Source of the DNA: an uncultured Chloroflexia bacterium
GTDB lineage: Bacteria > Chloroflexota > Limnocylindria > Limnocylindrales > CSP1-4
Length of the DNA: 64,000 nt
Direction: 5' to 3'
Assembly (NCBI GenBank): GCA_963720755.1
Contig: CAVRGP010000002.1
Coordinates: 320,001-384,000, forward strand
Below are positions 1 through 10,413 of the stretch, piece after piece. Under the pieces are notes generated by a model. The model did no database searches and was not told where the DNA came from. It was given only the letters and a program-made list of their open reading frames with translations. Position numbers and translations under genes: made by a program. Position 1 is the stretch's first letter; every line of letters begins with the position of its first letter.

Positions 1-549
1 GACCAACCCCGCCTGCAACCGACGGACACGCTCGCCTACCACAGCCAACAGATCCTGGTTGGACGGTTCATGGTCTTCATCGACAGCAGCACCCGGCACG
101 ATACTGCCGGGCGCCTGGGGAATGTGTACTTCGCCATCGCCTACGACGGTGCTCACCGCTCTGCGCTCTTCATAGTTCGCGCAGTACATCGGACGAAGAT
201 GAACAGCCGGGGCGAGAATGCCTCCTGCGCAGAGCAGAGATGCGCCAGCATCGGGACTTTCGACCCTGACCCTGCCCTGGTGGAGAACCTAATGTCTGTT
301 AGCGATGGTGACGACCGAAGGTCTGCCAGGCGCACGAGAGCGGGAGAGTCCATGTTCGAGCCGAGAACTCCGGCACGCATCCAGCAGCTGTGTGCGGTGA
401 TGGAGAACAACGCCGGCACTGCGGACCAGCGGAGTCGATCGCTGATGGTTGCCGAGCTGTATCTGCTCGCGGAGGACATGATCGGCCGCGAGTCAGCGCA
501 TGATGTGGCGCTGAAAGCGCGGATCCGCCGGCTGATCGCGAAGATGTGA
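1..549 (+). CDS. Hypothetical protein, possibly 5'-truncated by the window edge (or a 65-aa ORF from ATG 352)
   Basis: Frame 1 is open from base 1 to TGA 549. GGGAGA precedes ATG 352. No recognisable motif. Confidence 0.3.
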   Translation, partial: DQPRLQPTDTLAYHSQQILVGRFMVFIDSSTRHDTAGRLGNVYFAIAYDGAHRSALFIVRAVHRTKMNSRGENASCAEQRCASIGTFDPDPALVENLMSVSDGDDRRSARRTRAGESMFEPRTPARIQQLCAVMENNAGTADQRSRSLMVAELYLLAEDMIGRESAHDVALKARIRRLIAKM

Positions 550-774
550 TCCTTTATCGCCGATAACCGGGGGACATTTGCCTCTCGACAGGGTCCAAAG
601 ACCCTGATGCCGACGCGGGGTGGTGGCGAAAGCTGCGACATGAAGGCGCTGTCGTCATATCTCGGGGGCGAGGCCATTCGAGTCGAAGCCCGCTGCGCAC
701 GTCGCTGACAAAAACGTCATGGAGCAGCAGACCATCCCACCCCGGAACGAACAGCACCAATTTCCAGGAGCGAC

Positions 775-2235
775 ATGTTGGGGACGAAGATTTCAACGAA
801 GTTCATCTACTTCTTCGGCGCATTTGGAGGAATCCTTTTCGGGTACGACATCGGCGTCATGACTGGCGCCCTACCATTCCTCATTGAGGACTGGAGCCTT
901 CAGGGCGACCCCGTCACCATCGGCTGGATCACCTCATCGGTCCTGCTCGGCGCCATCTTCGGCGGCGCGCTTTCCGGTCAGGTGGGCGACCGGCTCGGTG
1001 GGCGCCGGGGGATCCTGATCGCAGCCGTGATCTTCGTCGTTGGATCGATCCTGTCGGCCCTCGCACCGCACGACGGCACGATCTACCTCATCATCTCCCG
1101 CACCTTCCTCGGCCTGGCCGTAGGAGCGGCGTCGGCCTTGGTGCCGGCGTACATGGCCGAGATGGCACCTGCCCGCCTGCGCGGTCGGCTGTCCGGCCTG
1201 AACCAGACGATGATCGTCACCGGAATGCTCGCGTCGTACACCGTCGACTTTCTGCTCAGGGATCTGCCCGGCGCCTGGGCATGGCGCGTCATGCTGGCCC
1301 TGGCCGCGGTGCCGGCCGTCATCCTTTTCCTCGGCGTGATGCGCCTGCCCGAGTCGCCGCGATTCCTCGTGCGGACCGGCAGTATCGGTGACGCGCGGCG
1401 GGTGCTCACGATCATCCTTCCCGAGGAATCTGTCGACGCGGAGCTCGCGCAGATCCAGCAGACGGTCGACCACGAGGCGGAGATCGGGGCCCACACGTCG
1501 TGGGCCACCCTCCTCGAATCCAAGTACCGCTACCTGTTGATCGCCGGCGTCGGGGTGGCTGCGTTTCAGCAATTCCAGGGCGCCAACGCGATCTTCTACT
1601 ACATCCCCCTCATCGTCGAGAGGGCCAGCGGCGTCTCCGCAGGCTCGGCCTTGAAGTGGCCGATGATTCAGGGCGTGATCCTGGTGCTGGGGTCGCTGCT
1701 GTTCCTGGCCATCGCGGATCGCTTCAAGCGCCGCACGCTGCTGACTGTGGGCGGAAGCGCCATGGGTATCTCGTTCATCCTGCCCGCCATCATCAACTGG
1801 ATCGACCCGACCGCGAACCCCATGCTCATCGTGGTGTTCATGAGCATCTACGTCGCCTTGTACTCCTTCACCTGGGCGCCCCTGACCTGGGTGATCGTCG
1901 GAGAAATCTTCCCGTTGGCAATTCGCGGCCGCGGCGCCGGGCTCGCCTCTTCCGCGAACTGGATCGGGTCGTTCCTGGTTGGTCTGCTGTTCCCCATCAT
2001 GACGGCCTCGATGCCGCAGCCGGCAGTGTTCGCGATCTTCGGCGTCATCTGCCTGCTCGGAGTTCTGTTCATCCGCACCCGAGTTCCCGAGACCCGCGGC
2101 CGCAGCCTCGAGGAGATCGAGGCCGAAGGTTTGCGCTCACCGGCGTCTCGGATCGGGACCACCGTCACCGCTGCATCCCCAGTGCCGACACCTGCTCTCT
2201 CAGCGAGCGTTTCGCCACCAAAGGAGTCAGAGTGA
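775..2235 (+). CDS. araE: Sugar porter family MFS transporter, probable L-arabinose:H+ symporter (AraE/AraP-like)
   Basis: Sugar porter motifs GGILFGYDIG, PESPRFL, QQFQGANAIFYY, GEIFP and PETRGRSLEEIE. AGGAG RBS. Stop overlaps the araD start. Confidence 0.85.
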   Translation: MLGTKISTKFIYFFGAFGGILFGYDIGVMTGALPFLIEDWSLQGDPVTIGWITSSVLLGAIFGGALSGQVGDRLGGRRGILIAAVIFVVGSILSALAPHDGTIYLIISRTFLGLAVGAASALVPAYMAEMAPARLRGRLSGLNQTMIVTGMLASYTVDFLLRDLPGAWAWRVMLALAAVPAVILFLGVMRLPESPRFLVRTGSIGDARRVLTIILPEESVDAELAQIQQTVDHEAEIGAHTSWATLLESKYRYLLIAGVGVAAFQQFQGANAIFYYIPLIVERASGVSAGSALKWPMIQGVILVLGSLLFLAIADRFKRRTLLTVGGSAMGISFILPAIINWIDPTANPMLIVVFMSIYVALYSFTWAPLTWVIVGEIFPLAIRGRGAGLASSANWIGSFLVGLLFPIMTASMPQPAVFAIFGVICLLGVLFIRTRVPETRGRSLEEIEAEGLRSPASRIGTTVTAASPVPTPALSASVSPPKESE

Positions 2236-2996
2236 CCATCGTCCTCGACCTGCTGGCGGAGGCGACCCGCCGATCCGTTGCCCAGACGCGGCAACGCGTG
2301 TCCGATCTGCACGCCGAACTGCTTCGGAACCGGCTCGTCGTGTGGACCGCCGGCAACGTGTCCGAGCGTGTGCCCGGGACCGACCTGTTCGTGATCAAGC
2401 CGTCGGGCGTCTCCTACGACGAGCTGTCGCCGAAGGTGATGGTGGTGTGCACGCTCGACGGTGAGAAGATCGCCGACGGCACGCCGGACGCTCTGCAGCC
2501 GTCCTCGGACACGGCCGCGCACGCATACGTCTACCGCCAGATGGATGCCGTCGGTGGGGTCGTGCACACGCACTCGACGTACGCGACCGCATGGGCCGCC
2601 CGCGGCGAGGCGATCCCCTGCGTGCTGACGATGATGGCCGACGAGTTCGGCGGCCCCATCCCGATCGGGCCGTTCGCTCTCATCGGTGACGACTCCATCG
2701 GCCGCGGCATCGTCCAGACCCTCACAGGTTCCCACTCCCGCGCGGTCCTGATGCAGAACCACGGTCCCTTCACCATCGGCAGGGACGCACGCACCGCCGT
2801 GAAGGCCGCCGTCATGTGTGAGGAGGTCGCCCGCACCGTGCATATCTCCCGCCAGCTGGGTGAGCCGATCGCGATTCCGCAGCACACGATCGATGCCCTC
2901 TTCGAGCGCTATCAGAACGTCTACGGACAGCACGAAACGAACCGTGATGCGGGGACGCCCGACAACGACAGCACAAATTCGCCGAAGGAGACGTGA
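2232..2996 (+). CDS. araD: L-ribulose-5-phosphate 4-epimerase
   Basis: Class II aldolase motifs WTAGNVS, IKPSGV, PSSDTAAH, VHTHSTYATAWA and NHG. GTG start in a GTGA overlap, with an AAGGAG RBS. Confidence 0.93.
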   Translation: MTIVLDLLAEATRRSVAQTRQRVSDLHAELLRNRLVVWTAGNVSERVPGTDLFVIKPSGVSYDELSPKVMVVCTLDGEKIADGTPDALQPSSDTAAHAYVYRQMDAVGGVVHTHSTYATAWAARGEAIPCVLTMMADEFGGPIPIGPFALIGDDSIGRGIVQTLTGSHSRAVLMQNHGPFTIGRDARTAVKAAVMCEEVARTVHISRQLGEPIAIPQHTIDALFERYQNVYGQHETNRDAGTPDNDSTNSPKET

Positions 2997-2999
2997 ATA

Positions 3000-4508
3000 A
3001 TGGAAAATCCATTCAACAGCCGTGAGATCTGGTTCCTCACCGGGAGCCAGGACCTGTACGGCGAGGAGACGCTCGAGCAGGTCGCCGAGCAGTCCCGGGG
3101 CATCGTCAAGAGTCTGAACGCCACCGGCGCCATCCCGGTGCCGATTGTCTGGAAGCCCGTGCTGAAGGACCGCGAGGCAATCCGCCGCGCCGCGCTGGAG
3201 GTGAACTCTCAGGACAGTTGCGTCGGCGTGATCACGTGGATGCATACCTTTTCGCCCGCGAAGATGTGGATCTCGGGGCTCGACGCGCTGGCGAAGCCGT
3301 TGCTGCACTTGCACACACAGGTCAACATCGCGCTGCCCTGGGCCACCATCGACATGGACTTCATGAACCTCAACCAAGCCGCTCACGGCGACCGCGAGTT
3401 CGGGTACATCGCCACCCGACTCGGCGTTCACCGCAGAACCGTGGTGGGGCATGCGACCTCGTCGCTCGTACAGCAGAAGATCTCGCACTGGGCGCGCGCT
3501 GCCACCGGGTGGGCGGAGCTGCACTCGATGCGGCTCGCGCGCTTCGGCGACAACATGCGCAACGTGGCCGTCACCGAGGGCGACAAGACTGAAGCCGAAC
3601 TGCGGTTGGGGGTCTCGGTGAACACCTGGTCCGTCAACGATCTCGTCGAAGTCGTTGACGGGATTGCCGATGCGGCGGTGGACGAGCTGGTCGCCGAGTA
3701 CGAAGCGAGCTACGACATCGTCGCCGAGCTTCGCGCGGACGGCGAGCGCCATGACTCCCTGCGCTACGGCGCCCGAATCGAGTTGGGCCTTCGCTCATTC
3801 CTCGAGGCCGGCGGGTTCACCGCCTTCACCACGAACTTCGAGAATCTCGGCGGCCTTCGCCAGCTGCCCGGCCTGGCGGTGCAGCGCCTGATGGCCGACG
3901 GCTACGGGTTCGGCGCCGAGGGCGACTGGAAGACAGCGATTCTCGTGCGGGTGGCGAAGGCGATGGGCCATGGCTTACCCGGGGGAGCCTCGCTGATGGA
4001 GGACTACACGTACGAGTTGGAGCCCGGCCGCGAGAAGATCCTTGGCGCCCACATGCTGGAGGTGTGTCCAACGCTGACGACATCTCGGCCCTCGCTCGAG
4101 ATCCATCCGCTGGGCATCGGCGGGCGCGATGACCCGGTGCGTCTGAAATTCTCGGCCGATCCGGGGCCCGCCCTGGTCGTCGCACTGATCGATATGCGGG
4201 AGCGCTTCCGCCTGATCGCCAACACGGTGCACATCGTCGAGCCCGACGAGGAGCTGCCCGCCCTGCCAGTCGCGTGCGCTGTCTGGGAGCCCGCACCGGA
4301 CCTGTTCACCAGTGCCGAGTGCTGGCTGACGGCCGGCGCCGCCCACCACACCGTCATGACCTCCGCCGTGCCACTCGAGGTCTTCGAGGACCTCGCCGAC
4401 ATCGCTGATCTCGAGCTCGCGATCATCGACAAGGACACCCGTGTGCGCTCGTTCCACCGGGAGCTGCGCGTCAACGCCACCTATTATCGCCTCGCCCAGG
4501 GATTCTGA
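3000..4508 (+). CDS. araA: L-arabinose isomerase
   Basis: [57 protein letters not shown] and [10 protein letters not shown] motifs. 502 aa. Confidence 0.97.
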   Translation: MENPFNSREIWFLTGSQDLYGEETLEQVAEQSRGIVKSLNATGAIPVPIVWKPVLKDREAIRRAALEVNSQDSCVGVITWMHTFSPAKMWISGLDALAKPLLHLHTQVNIALPWATIDMDFMNLNQAAHGDREFGYIATRLGVHRRTVVGHATSSLVQQKISHWARAATGWAELHSMRLARFGDNMRNVAVTEGDKTEAELRLGVSVNTWSVNDLVEVVDGIADAAVDELVAEYEASYDIVAELRADGERHDSLRYGARIELGLRSFLEAGGFTAFTTNFENLGGLRQLPGLAVQRLMADGYGFGAEGDWKTAILVRVAKAMGHGLPGGASLMEDYTYELEPGREKILGAHMLEVCPTLTTSRPSLEIHPLGIGGRDDPVRLKFSADPGPALVVALIDMRERFRLIANTVHIVEPDEELPALPVACAVWEPAPDLFTSAECWLTAGAAHHTVMTSAVPLEVFEDLADIADLELAIIDKDTRVRSFHRELRVNATYYRLAQGF

Positions 4509-4625
4509 CCGTGCAAGGAGGGCTGACGAACATTGCGCCAGCGACGGCCAAACCTTCGCTTCACTGTGCAGCGTCTGACCGCTGTCAAATCTTGACATCA
4601 ATGATCCTGGAATTGGCAGATCATC

Positions 4626-5882
4626 ATGAGTAATGCACACGATCGTTTCCATAGTGACGAGGAAACATCGAGGAGGAAGCCGAGCCGGAGGGAATCTCGC
4701 GGTCGACCCGGGGCAGCAATCGGAGCGTCGGTCGCAGCTGTCCTGCTGTTGGCCTCGTCGGCCTGTTCTAACAACGACATATCATCTACATCAACAAGTT
4801 CGGTCTCTCAGGTGACTTCTGTGACGTCAAGCACCGGGTCTGGGGTCACCAGTGCGTCCTCGTCGGCGACGCTGTCACCGCAAGCCGCAAACATGTTGAT
4901 CGCGAATGCGGCCGCGGGCACCGCGTTGGCCACCCTGGGATCTTTGATCGTCAGCGATTCCGACGAATCCGTCGTCTATGATGCTGCCGCATTCGGTGCC
5001 GAGTGGGCCGACACCGACAACAATCAGTGCGATACCCGGAACGACATCCTGGCACGTGATCTGACGAATATCACCGTCGACGCGGCATGCGTTGTGCTGA
5101 CCGGTCAACTGGTTGATCCTTACACCGCGAGAACGATCTCCTATTCATCGTCAGTCATCCCGAGCTTGATTGCGGTGGACGCACTCGTGACGACCCAGGT
5201 CGCGTGGTCCAGCGGCGCACAATCCTGGGATGCCGCACAACGTCAAGGCTTCGCCAATGACCCGTTCAACCTGCTGGCGGTGGACGGTCGGAGTTCGAGC
5301 CTCCGGAATGCCGGTGATGCCGACTGGCTGCCGCCCGATGGCGCCTTTCGTTGCGGATACGTCGCTCGACAGATCGCGGTCTCAGCGAAGTATGCCCTGA
5401 CGGTCACCGCGGCAGAGAGGATGGCCGTCGCCGATGTGCTCGAGTCCTGCCCTCGGCAGATGCCGCCCGAAGACACCGCTGCTATCAAGGCGGCGGCGGA
5501 CAGGCAAGCTGCGGACGCTGCAGCAGCGGTTGCCGCCCAGGCGGCGGCGGACAAGCAGGCGGCCGACGCTGCAGCAGCGGTTGCCGCCCAGGCGGCGGCG
5601 GACAAGCAAGCCGCGGACGTGGCGGCAGCCCAGGCAGCGGCCGATCAGCTCGCTGCGGAACAAGCAGCGGCTCAGGAGGCAGCGGATCAGGCGGCAGCAG
5701 CTCGGGCGGCCGCTGACAGTGCAGCTTCCCAGACTGCGGCGGTTCCTCCGCGTGTCACTGCCCCTTACTACGCCAACTGCGATGCGGTCAGAGCTGCTGG
5801 AGCTGACCCAATCCTCATCGGCGAGCCCGGGTACAGCAGCAAGCTGGACCGCGACGGTGATGGGATCGGCTGCGAGAACTAG
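4626..5882 (+). CDS. Putative lipoprotein: DUF1524 (HNH-like) domain + Ala/Gln-rich linker + excalibur Ca-binding domain
   Basis: Basic N-terminus plus hydrophobic stretch ending LASSAC. DUF1524 pattern FGAEWADTD..CDTRNDILARDL..DPYT..FANDPFNLLAVDG..WLPP..CGYVARQ. C-terminal YYANCDAVRAAGA..PGYSSKLDRDGDGIGCE. Confidence 0.85.
   Translation: MSNAHDRFHSDEETSRRKPSRRESRGRPGAAIGASVAAVLLLASSACSNNDISSTSTSSVSQVTSVTSSTGSGVTSASSSATLSPQAANMLIANAAAGTALATLGSLIVSDSDESVVYDAAAFGAEWADTDNNQCDTRNDILARDLTNITVDAACVVLTGQLVDPYTARTISYSSSVIPSLIAVDALVTTQVAWSSGAQSWDAAQRQGFANDPFNLLAVDGRSSSLRNAGDADWLPPDGAFRCGYVARQIAVSAKYALTVTAAERMAVADVLESCPRQMPPEDTAAIKAAADRQAADAAAAVAAQAAADKQAADAAAAVAAQAAADKQAADVAAAQAAADQLAAEQAAAQEAADQAAAARAAADSAASQTAAVPPRVTAPYYANCDAVRAAGADPILIGEPGYSSKLDRDGDGIGCEN
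5490..5633 (+). repeat. Coding 51-bp tandem repeat (about 2.8 copies, AAADKQAADAAAAVAAQ)
   Basis: Units start at 5490, 5541 and 5592. Confidence 0.85.
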
Positions 5883-6509
5883 ACGAGCCTCGCATCGAGA
5901 GGATGCCGCTCGATCTCGAATAGCCCGATCACGCCAAGCGGTGGACATCCCGATCGCGCCTCTGCGGGGGCCGGACCCCGGGTAGGGGCTCTGCCCCTTC
6001 GCAATCAGCGGGGCGCCCAGATTCGGCGTGGGCCGGCCCTGCCCACGCGTGGTTGGCACACCGGTCTACAAACCTGAAAGGCACGTCGCACCTCCCGAGG
6101 CAGACAATGGCTCGGCCGCTCCCCGATAGCGCGAAGAGCGATGTGCGACAGACGGCAGACTCCACGACGGCCCTGACAACCATTCGGATCGGTCGAACGC
6201 GCCCGCGAAATGCCAATGGGCCGCTCCAGCGGGGCCAGACCCCGCCCGCAGTTGCTAGGGTCCCGCGTGAGCGGCGAGGCCCAACCGGAGCGCGGGGACG
6301 GGTGTAGCGGGCCGGCGGGGGCTGCGTTTCCCGTCGCGGTCCTGGTGGGCGGGCAGCACCGGGCGGCCGACCGTCCGCGGGATCGGTGACCTCACGGAGA
6401 CCGGAATCGTGGGGTGGCGGAACGGCCCGGCTGCGCGGGATCCGTCGGCGTTCCGATTGGATGACACCGAAGAGCACTGCCGTTCGGTGCGACTGTAAGG
6501 GGACAGGCG

Positions 6510-8018
6510 ATGGGCAAGCCCGAGGACGAGCGCGAGTTCGACGACACCACGGTCACGCACGGGGGTGCCCAGGCCTGGTCCGCAGTGAACCCGCCGATGG
6601 ACGGCGAGCCCGCCATCAGTGGCGACACGCCGGCCGAGGGCTATGCGGGCGGGTCGGCGCCGGATTCCGGTGCCGCCGACACCGACGCCAGCGTGGTGGT
6701 CGACGGATCATGGTCCGTTGCTGAGCCGGTCCAAGGCCCGGTGACCGAAATCCCCGCCGATCCGGCGCCCGGGGCTGCTGCCAACCAGGCACCCGCCGCC
6801 CCGCAACTGGAAGGCAAGGGACGCCGTCGCGCGGGCCGGGTCGCCAAGCCGGACAAGGCCGCCAAGCCCAGCCGCGCCGGCCGGTCGAAGAGCGAGCCCG
6901 TCATCCCCCCGGGGCCGGTGCTGGTTGCCACCGGACTCGGCCTGCTGACCGCCAACGGGTGGGTGTTCAAGGACATCGATCTGACCCTGCGGCCCAGTTC
7001 GGTGGCGGCCATCGTCGGGCCGGCCGGCACCGGCAGGTCGTGCCTGCTGCTGGCGTTGAGCGGCCGAATGGCCGCCAACACCGGCACTCTCACCGTTGCC
7101 GGGCATGCGATGACGGACAAGCCGGCTGCCGTACGGGCCCTCACCTCGGTCGCCCGGATCAGCTCGCTCATCGCGCCGGAACCCGGGTTGACGGTGCGTC
7201 AGTCCATTGACGAGCGGTGCCTGAGCGATGACGTGGACATCCGGGTCGGTCGGCTCCGGTTCGGTGAGGCCTGCGCGGCTATGCGAGTCACGTTCGAACC
7301 CACGGCGCTGGTCGGTTCGATGGTGGGGGATCAGGCGACGCTGCTGTCGGTGGCGTTGGCCTGCGTCCGGGTCAGTGCGCTGATCGTTCTGGACGACCTG
7401 GATCGGGGCGTATCGACCGCCGTCCAGCAGACGATGCTGGACGCCCTGATCAGATTGTCGAAGACGGGGCCGACGGTCGTGCTGTCGACCACCGATCGGA
7501 TCCCGGTGATGGCCGCGGATGTGGTGCTCGATCTGACGCCCGCCGAGGGCGCCGCGATGTGGCGACTGGACGCACCGCTGCCCGGTTCACAGCGACTCGC
7601 GCTGGACCCGATGAGCGAGGCCGATCGCGCCGTGCAGGGTCAGCTGGAATCCGGCCCGGACGGACCCGACGACGAATCCGGCGACCCGCACGCCAGGTGG
7701 CGACCGGACTATCCCGGCGACTCCGACCCCGCGGCGGCCGGCGCTGACCCGGTCGCAGACGCCGGATCGCCGGGCAGCGACGAGCCCTACGGCCAGAGCC
7801 GACCCGCCGACCAGGCCGGGCCGTACGACCAGGGACCGTACGACCAGGGACAGTTCGGGCAGAGCGTGTACGACCAGCGGCCCGACAACCAGAACCCGAA
7901 CGACCAGGGCGGGCCCTACGACCCGGGCCGGCCTTACGACCAGGGTGGGGCCGGCGGGGCCGGCCGGCCGGCCGGCTATCAGAACCAGCGCGATGCTCCG
8001 ACGGAGGACCCCCGATGA
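6510..8018 (+). CDS. Degenerate ABC-type ATP-binding protein with disordered N- and C-terminal extensions
   Basis: Walker A-like GPAGTGRS and Walker B-like LIVLDDLD. ATGA overlap with the YhgE/Pip gene. Confidence 0.75.
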   Translation: MGKPEDEREFDDTTVTHGGAQAWSAVNPPMDGEPAISGDTPAEGYAGGSAPDSGAADTDASVVVDGSWSVAEPVQGPVTEIPADPAPGAAANQAPAAPQLEGKGRRRAGRVAKPDKAAKPSRAGRSKSEPVIPPGPVLVATGLGLLTANGWVFKDIDLTLRPSSVAAIVGPAGTGRSCLLLALSGRMAANTGTLTVAGHAMTDKPAAVRALTSVARISSLIAPEPGLTVRQSIDERCLSDDVDIRVGRLRFGEACAAMRVTFEPTALVGSMVGDQATLLSVALACVRVSALIVLDDLDRGVSTAVQQTMLDALIRLSKTGPTVVLSTTDRIPVMAADVVLDLTPAEGAAMWRLDAPLPGSQRLALDPMSEADRAVQGQLESGPDGPDDESGDPHARWRPDYPGDSDPAAAGADPVADAGSPGSDEPYGQSRPADQAGPYDQGPYDQGQFGQSVYDQRPDNQNPNDQGGPYDPGRPYDQGGAGGAGRPAGYQNQRDAPTEDPR

Positions 8019-10177
8019 TCAAGACCGTCAAGCTCGCCGGCTACGAGCTGCGCCGGCTCAAGGGGCCGGCGCCCATCATCGGCCTGATCTTCCTGGTGCT
8101 GATCCCGACGATCTGCGGGGCGATGTACCTGTGGTCGAACTGGGATCCGTACGGCCGGATGGATCGGGTCCCCGTTGCGGTGGTCAACCAGGACATTGCG
8201 GTCGAGGTCGAAGGTCAGAGTGTCAACGCAGGTGCGCGGCTGGTCGCCGAACTTCGTGCGGACACCATCTTCGACTGGCAATTCGTGGACGAGCAGCAAG
8301 CCGCTGACGGTCTCGCCGACGGCGCCTACTACATGATCATCACCATTCCGCCGGATTTCTCCGCGAATCTGATCAGCGGCTCGGGTCCGGACCCGGAACG
8401 GGCCGTCATCAGCCTGCGTCGCGACGACGCCAACGGCTACTTGTTCGACCTGATGGCCGACTCCGTGCAGGACGAGCTGGAGTCGGCGATCGACCGGGCC
8501 GCGATCGGGGCCTATCTGGACTCGGTCTTCGCCAACCTCGGCACCATCAAGACCGAAGTCACCCAGGCCGCCACGGACGCGACTGCCCTGGCGGCGGGCT
8601 CGGCGACCACCCTCACCACCGCCAGCGACCTCTCGACGGGAATCAGCACGTCGGTGCAGGACTCGGCAGAGGTCACCTCCGGGCTGGCCCTGGCGAAGGA
8701 GCAGTCCACCCAGCTGGTCACCGGCATCACCCAGGCGCAGACCGCGTCGGCCTCGCTGGTCACCGCGATCACCCCGTTGGAGTCGACGGCCTCCCAGGTG
8801 GCCTCCGACGCCGATTCTGTTGCCTCCGGCAACGCCCAACTGGCCAGCAGCCTGACGCCGGCGATCGGCGCGGTCACCAGCGCGGTGCCGCCCCTCGGCC
8901 AAGCCACGGTCAACACCGAGGCCGCGACCAGCGACATGGCGTCCCTGGTCTCCGGGCAGCTCAATCCCGACGTCGCAGCGATGGCGACCGCCGTCGCTGC
9001 GGTCGCCTCCGGCCCGCTCGACCCGGACAAGGTGAGCAACCTGCAGGAGGCCCTCGCGACCCTGCAGGCCACCTCGGCGCAGCTGACCGGACAGTCCGCG
9101 ACAGCCAGTCAGTCGGCGAGTTCGGCATCGTCGGCCTTCAACACCCTGGACAGCGCCGCCTCCGACCTATCCGGCTCAGGCAGCGACCTGACCTTCCTGG
9201 CCACCACGTCTGCGCAGGTCGCGACGGGTGCGACCGACGTCAGCGAGGGCATGAGCACGGCCTCGTCCAACGCCAGCAACGTCGATGGCACGGTCGCGTC
9301 GCTGGCCGCCAGTGCCACCGACCTGGACACCGGTATCGCGAATCTGCAGATCACCGCCCAGCGGCTCGTCGACGGCCTGGGCACTGCGGAGACCCAGTCG
9401 GCAAGCGTGGTGACGGGGGTGACCGACCTGGACACCGGCGCCAACCTGCTGGCCGGTGACCTGACAGCGATCGCCGATCGGATTCCTACCCTCGCCCCCG
9501 ATGAGCAGGCCAACTCCGAGCAGGTGATCTCCTCGCCGGCCAATCTGGAGATCACCGTGGACAACCCGGCCACCTTCTACGGCCGCGGACTGGCACCGTT
9601 GTTCTTTGGTCTGGCCATCTGGATCCTGGCCATTGCGGTGTTCCAGGTGCTGCGGCCGATCACCGGGCGCGCCCTGGCCGGCCGGGCGTCCTCGCTGCGG
9701 ATCACCATCGCCGGCTGGTTGCCGGTGCTGGGTATCGCGGTGCTGGGGTCGCTGTTGCTGCTCGGTGTGGTGTGGGTGGGGCTCGGCCTCGATCCGGTGA
9801 ACGTCGGCGGCGCGTTCGGGGTGGTGCTGCTGGCCGCCGCCTGCTTCACCGCGATCGCGTATCTGCTCCGCACCTGGCTCGGCGGAGTGGGCACGGCCAT
9901 CATGTTGATCCTGTTGATGATCCAGTTGACCGCATCAGGCGGCCTGTACCCGGTGCAGACCACCCCGGCGCCGTTCCGGGCGGTGCATTGGTTCAACCCG
10001 ATGACGTACCTCGTCGATGCCCTGCGGGTGGTGTTCACCGGCGGCCCGACCGATCATCTCTGGCGCGACGTCGGGGTGCTGTCCGGGTTGACGATCCTCG
10101 CCATCGGATTCAGCTGGCTGGTGGTCCACCGACGTCGGCGGTTCCGAGTGGGAGACCTGCATCCGGTGCTGGTCTGA
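8015..10177 (+). CDS. YhgE/Pip family membrane protein
   Basis: N-terminal TM then YLWSNWDPYG and PVAVVNQD. Long Ala/Ser/Thr heptad region. C-terminal multi-TM region with YGRGLAPLF and QLTASGGLYP. Confidence 0.92.
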   Translation: MIKTVKLAGYELRRLKGPAPIIGLIFLVLIPTICGAMYLWSNWDPYGRMDRVPVAVVNQDIAVEVEGQSVNAGARLVAELRADTIFDWQFVDEQQAADGLADGAYYMIITIPPDFSANLISGSGPDPERAVISLRRDDANGYLFDLMADSVQDELESAIDRAAIGAYLDSVFANLGTIKTEVTQAATDATALAAGSATTLTTASDLSTGISTSVQDSAEVTSGLALAKEQSTQLVTGITQAQTASASLVTAITPLESTASQVASDADSVASGNAQLASSLTPAIGAVTSAVPPLGQATVNTEAATSDMASLVSGQLNPDVAAMATAVAAVASGPLDPDKVSNLQEALATLQATSAQLTGQSATASQSASSASSAFNTLDSAASDLSGSGSDLTFLATTSAQVATGATDVSEGMSTASSNASNVDGTVASLAASATDLDTGIANLQITAQRLVDGLGTAETQSASVVTGVTDLDTGANLLAGDLTAIADRIPTLAPDEQANSEQVISSPANLEITVDNPATFYGRGLAPLFFGLAIWILAIAVFQVLRPITGRALAGRASSLRITIAGWLPVLGIAVLGSLLLLGVVWVGLGLDPVNVGGAFGVVLLAAACFTAIAYLLRTWLGGVGTAIMLILLMIQLTASGGLYPVQTTPAPFRAVHWFNPMTYLVDALRVVFTGGPTDHLWRDVGVLSGLTILAIGFSWLVVHRRRRFRVGDLHPVLV

Positions 10178-10200
10178 TCACTCCCGACTGCACCGGCTGA

Positions 10201-10236
10201 CGGCCCGCCCACAACGGCCCGCCCACAACGGCCCGC
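10201..10236. repeat. 14-bp tandem repeat CGGCCCGCCCACAA (about 2.5 copies)
   Basis: Directly visible in the intergenic spacer. Confidence 0.8.
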
Positions 10237-10413
10237 AGCGGGCGCGTCGGCTGATACCCGCCCCGGCCGGCGGATCGGGCCGACGTGATCGAGAGCACTG
10301 CCCGGTACGAACCCTGCCGCTTGCCGTTCCGCCATCCGAGGTGCATGCTTGCACACGGAAACTAGTTGCGGATCGCAAGCAACTGGTTGTTGGGGACATG
10401 CAAGGAGTGCATC

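Noticed and set aside
5883-6509. Long GC-rich intergenic region as a possible structured RNA
   Set aside because: I could not match it to a known family or find a convincing long stem. An Rfam or covariation scan would be needed.
5490-10236. Tandem repeats (51-bp, YDQ units, 14-bp) as a possible CRISPR-like array
   Set aside because: The repeats are contiguous or coding, lack unique spacers, and no cas genes are present.
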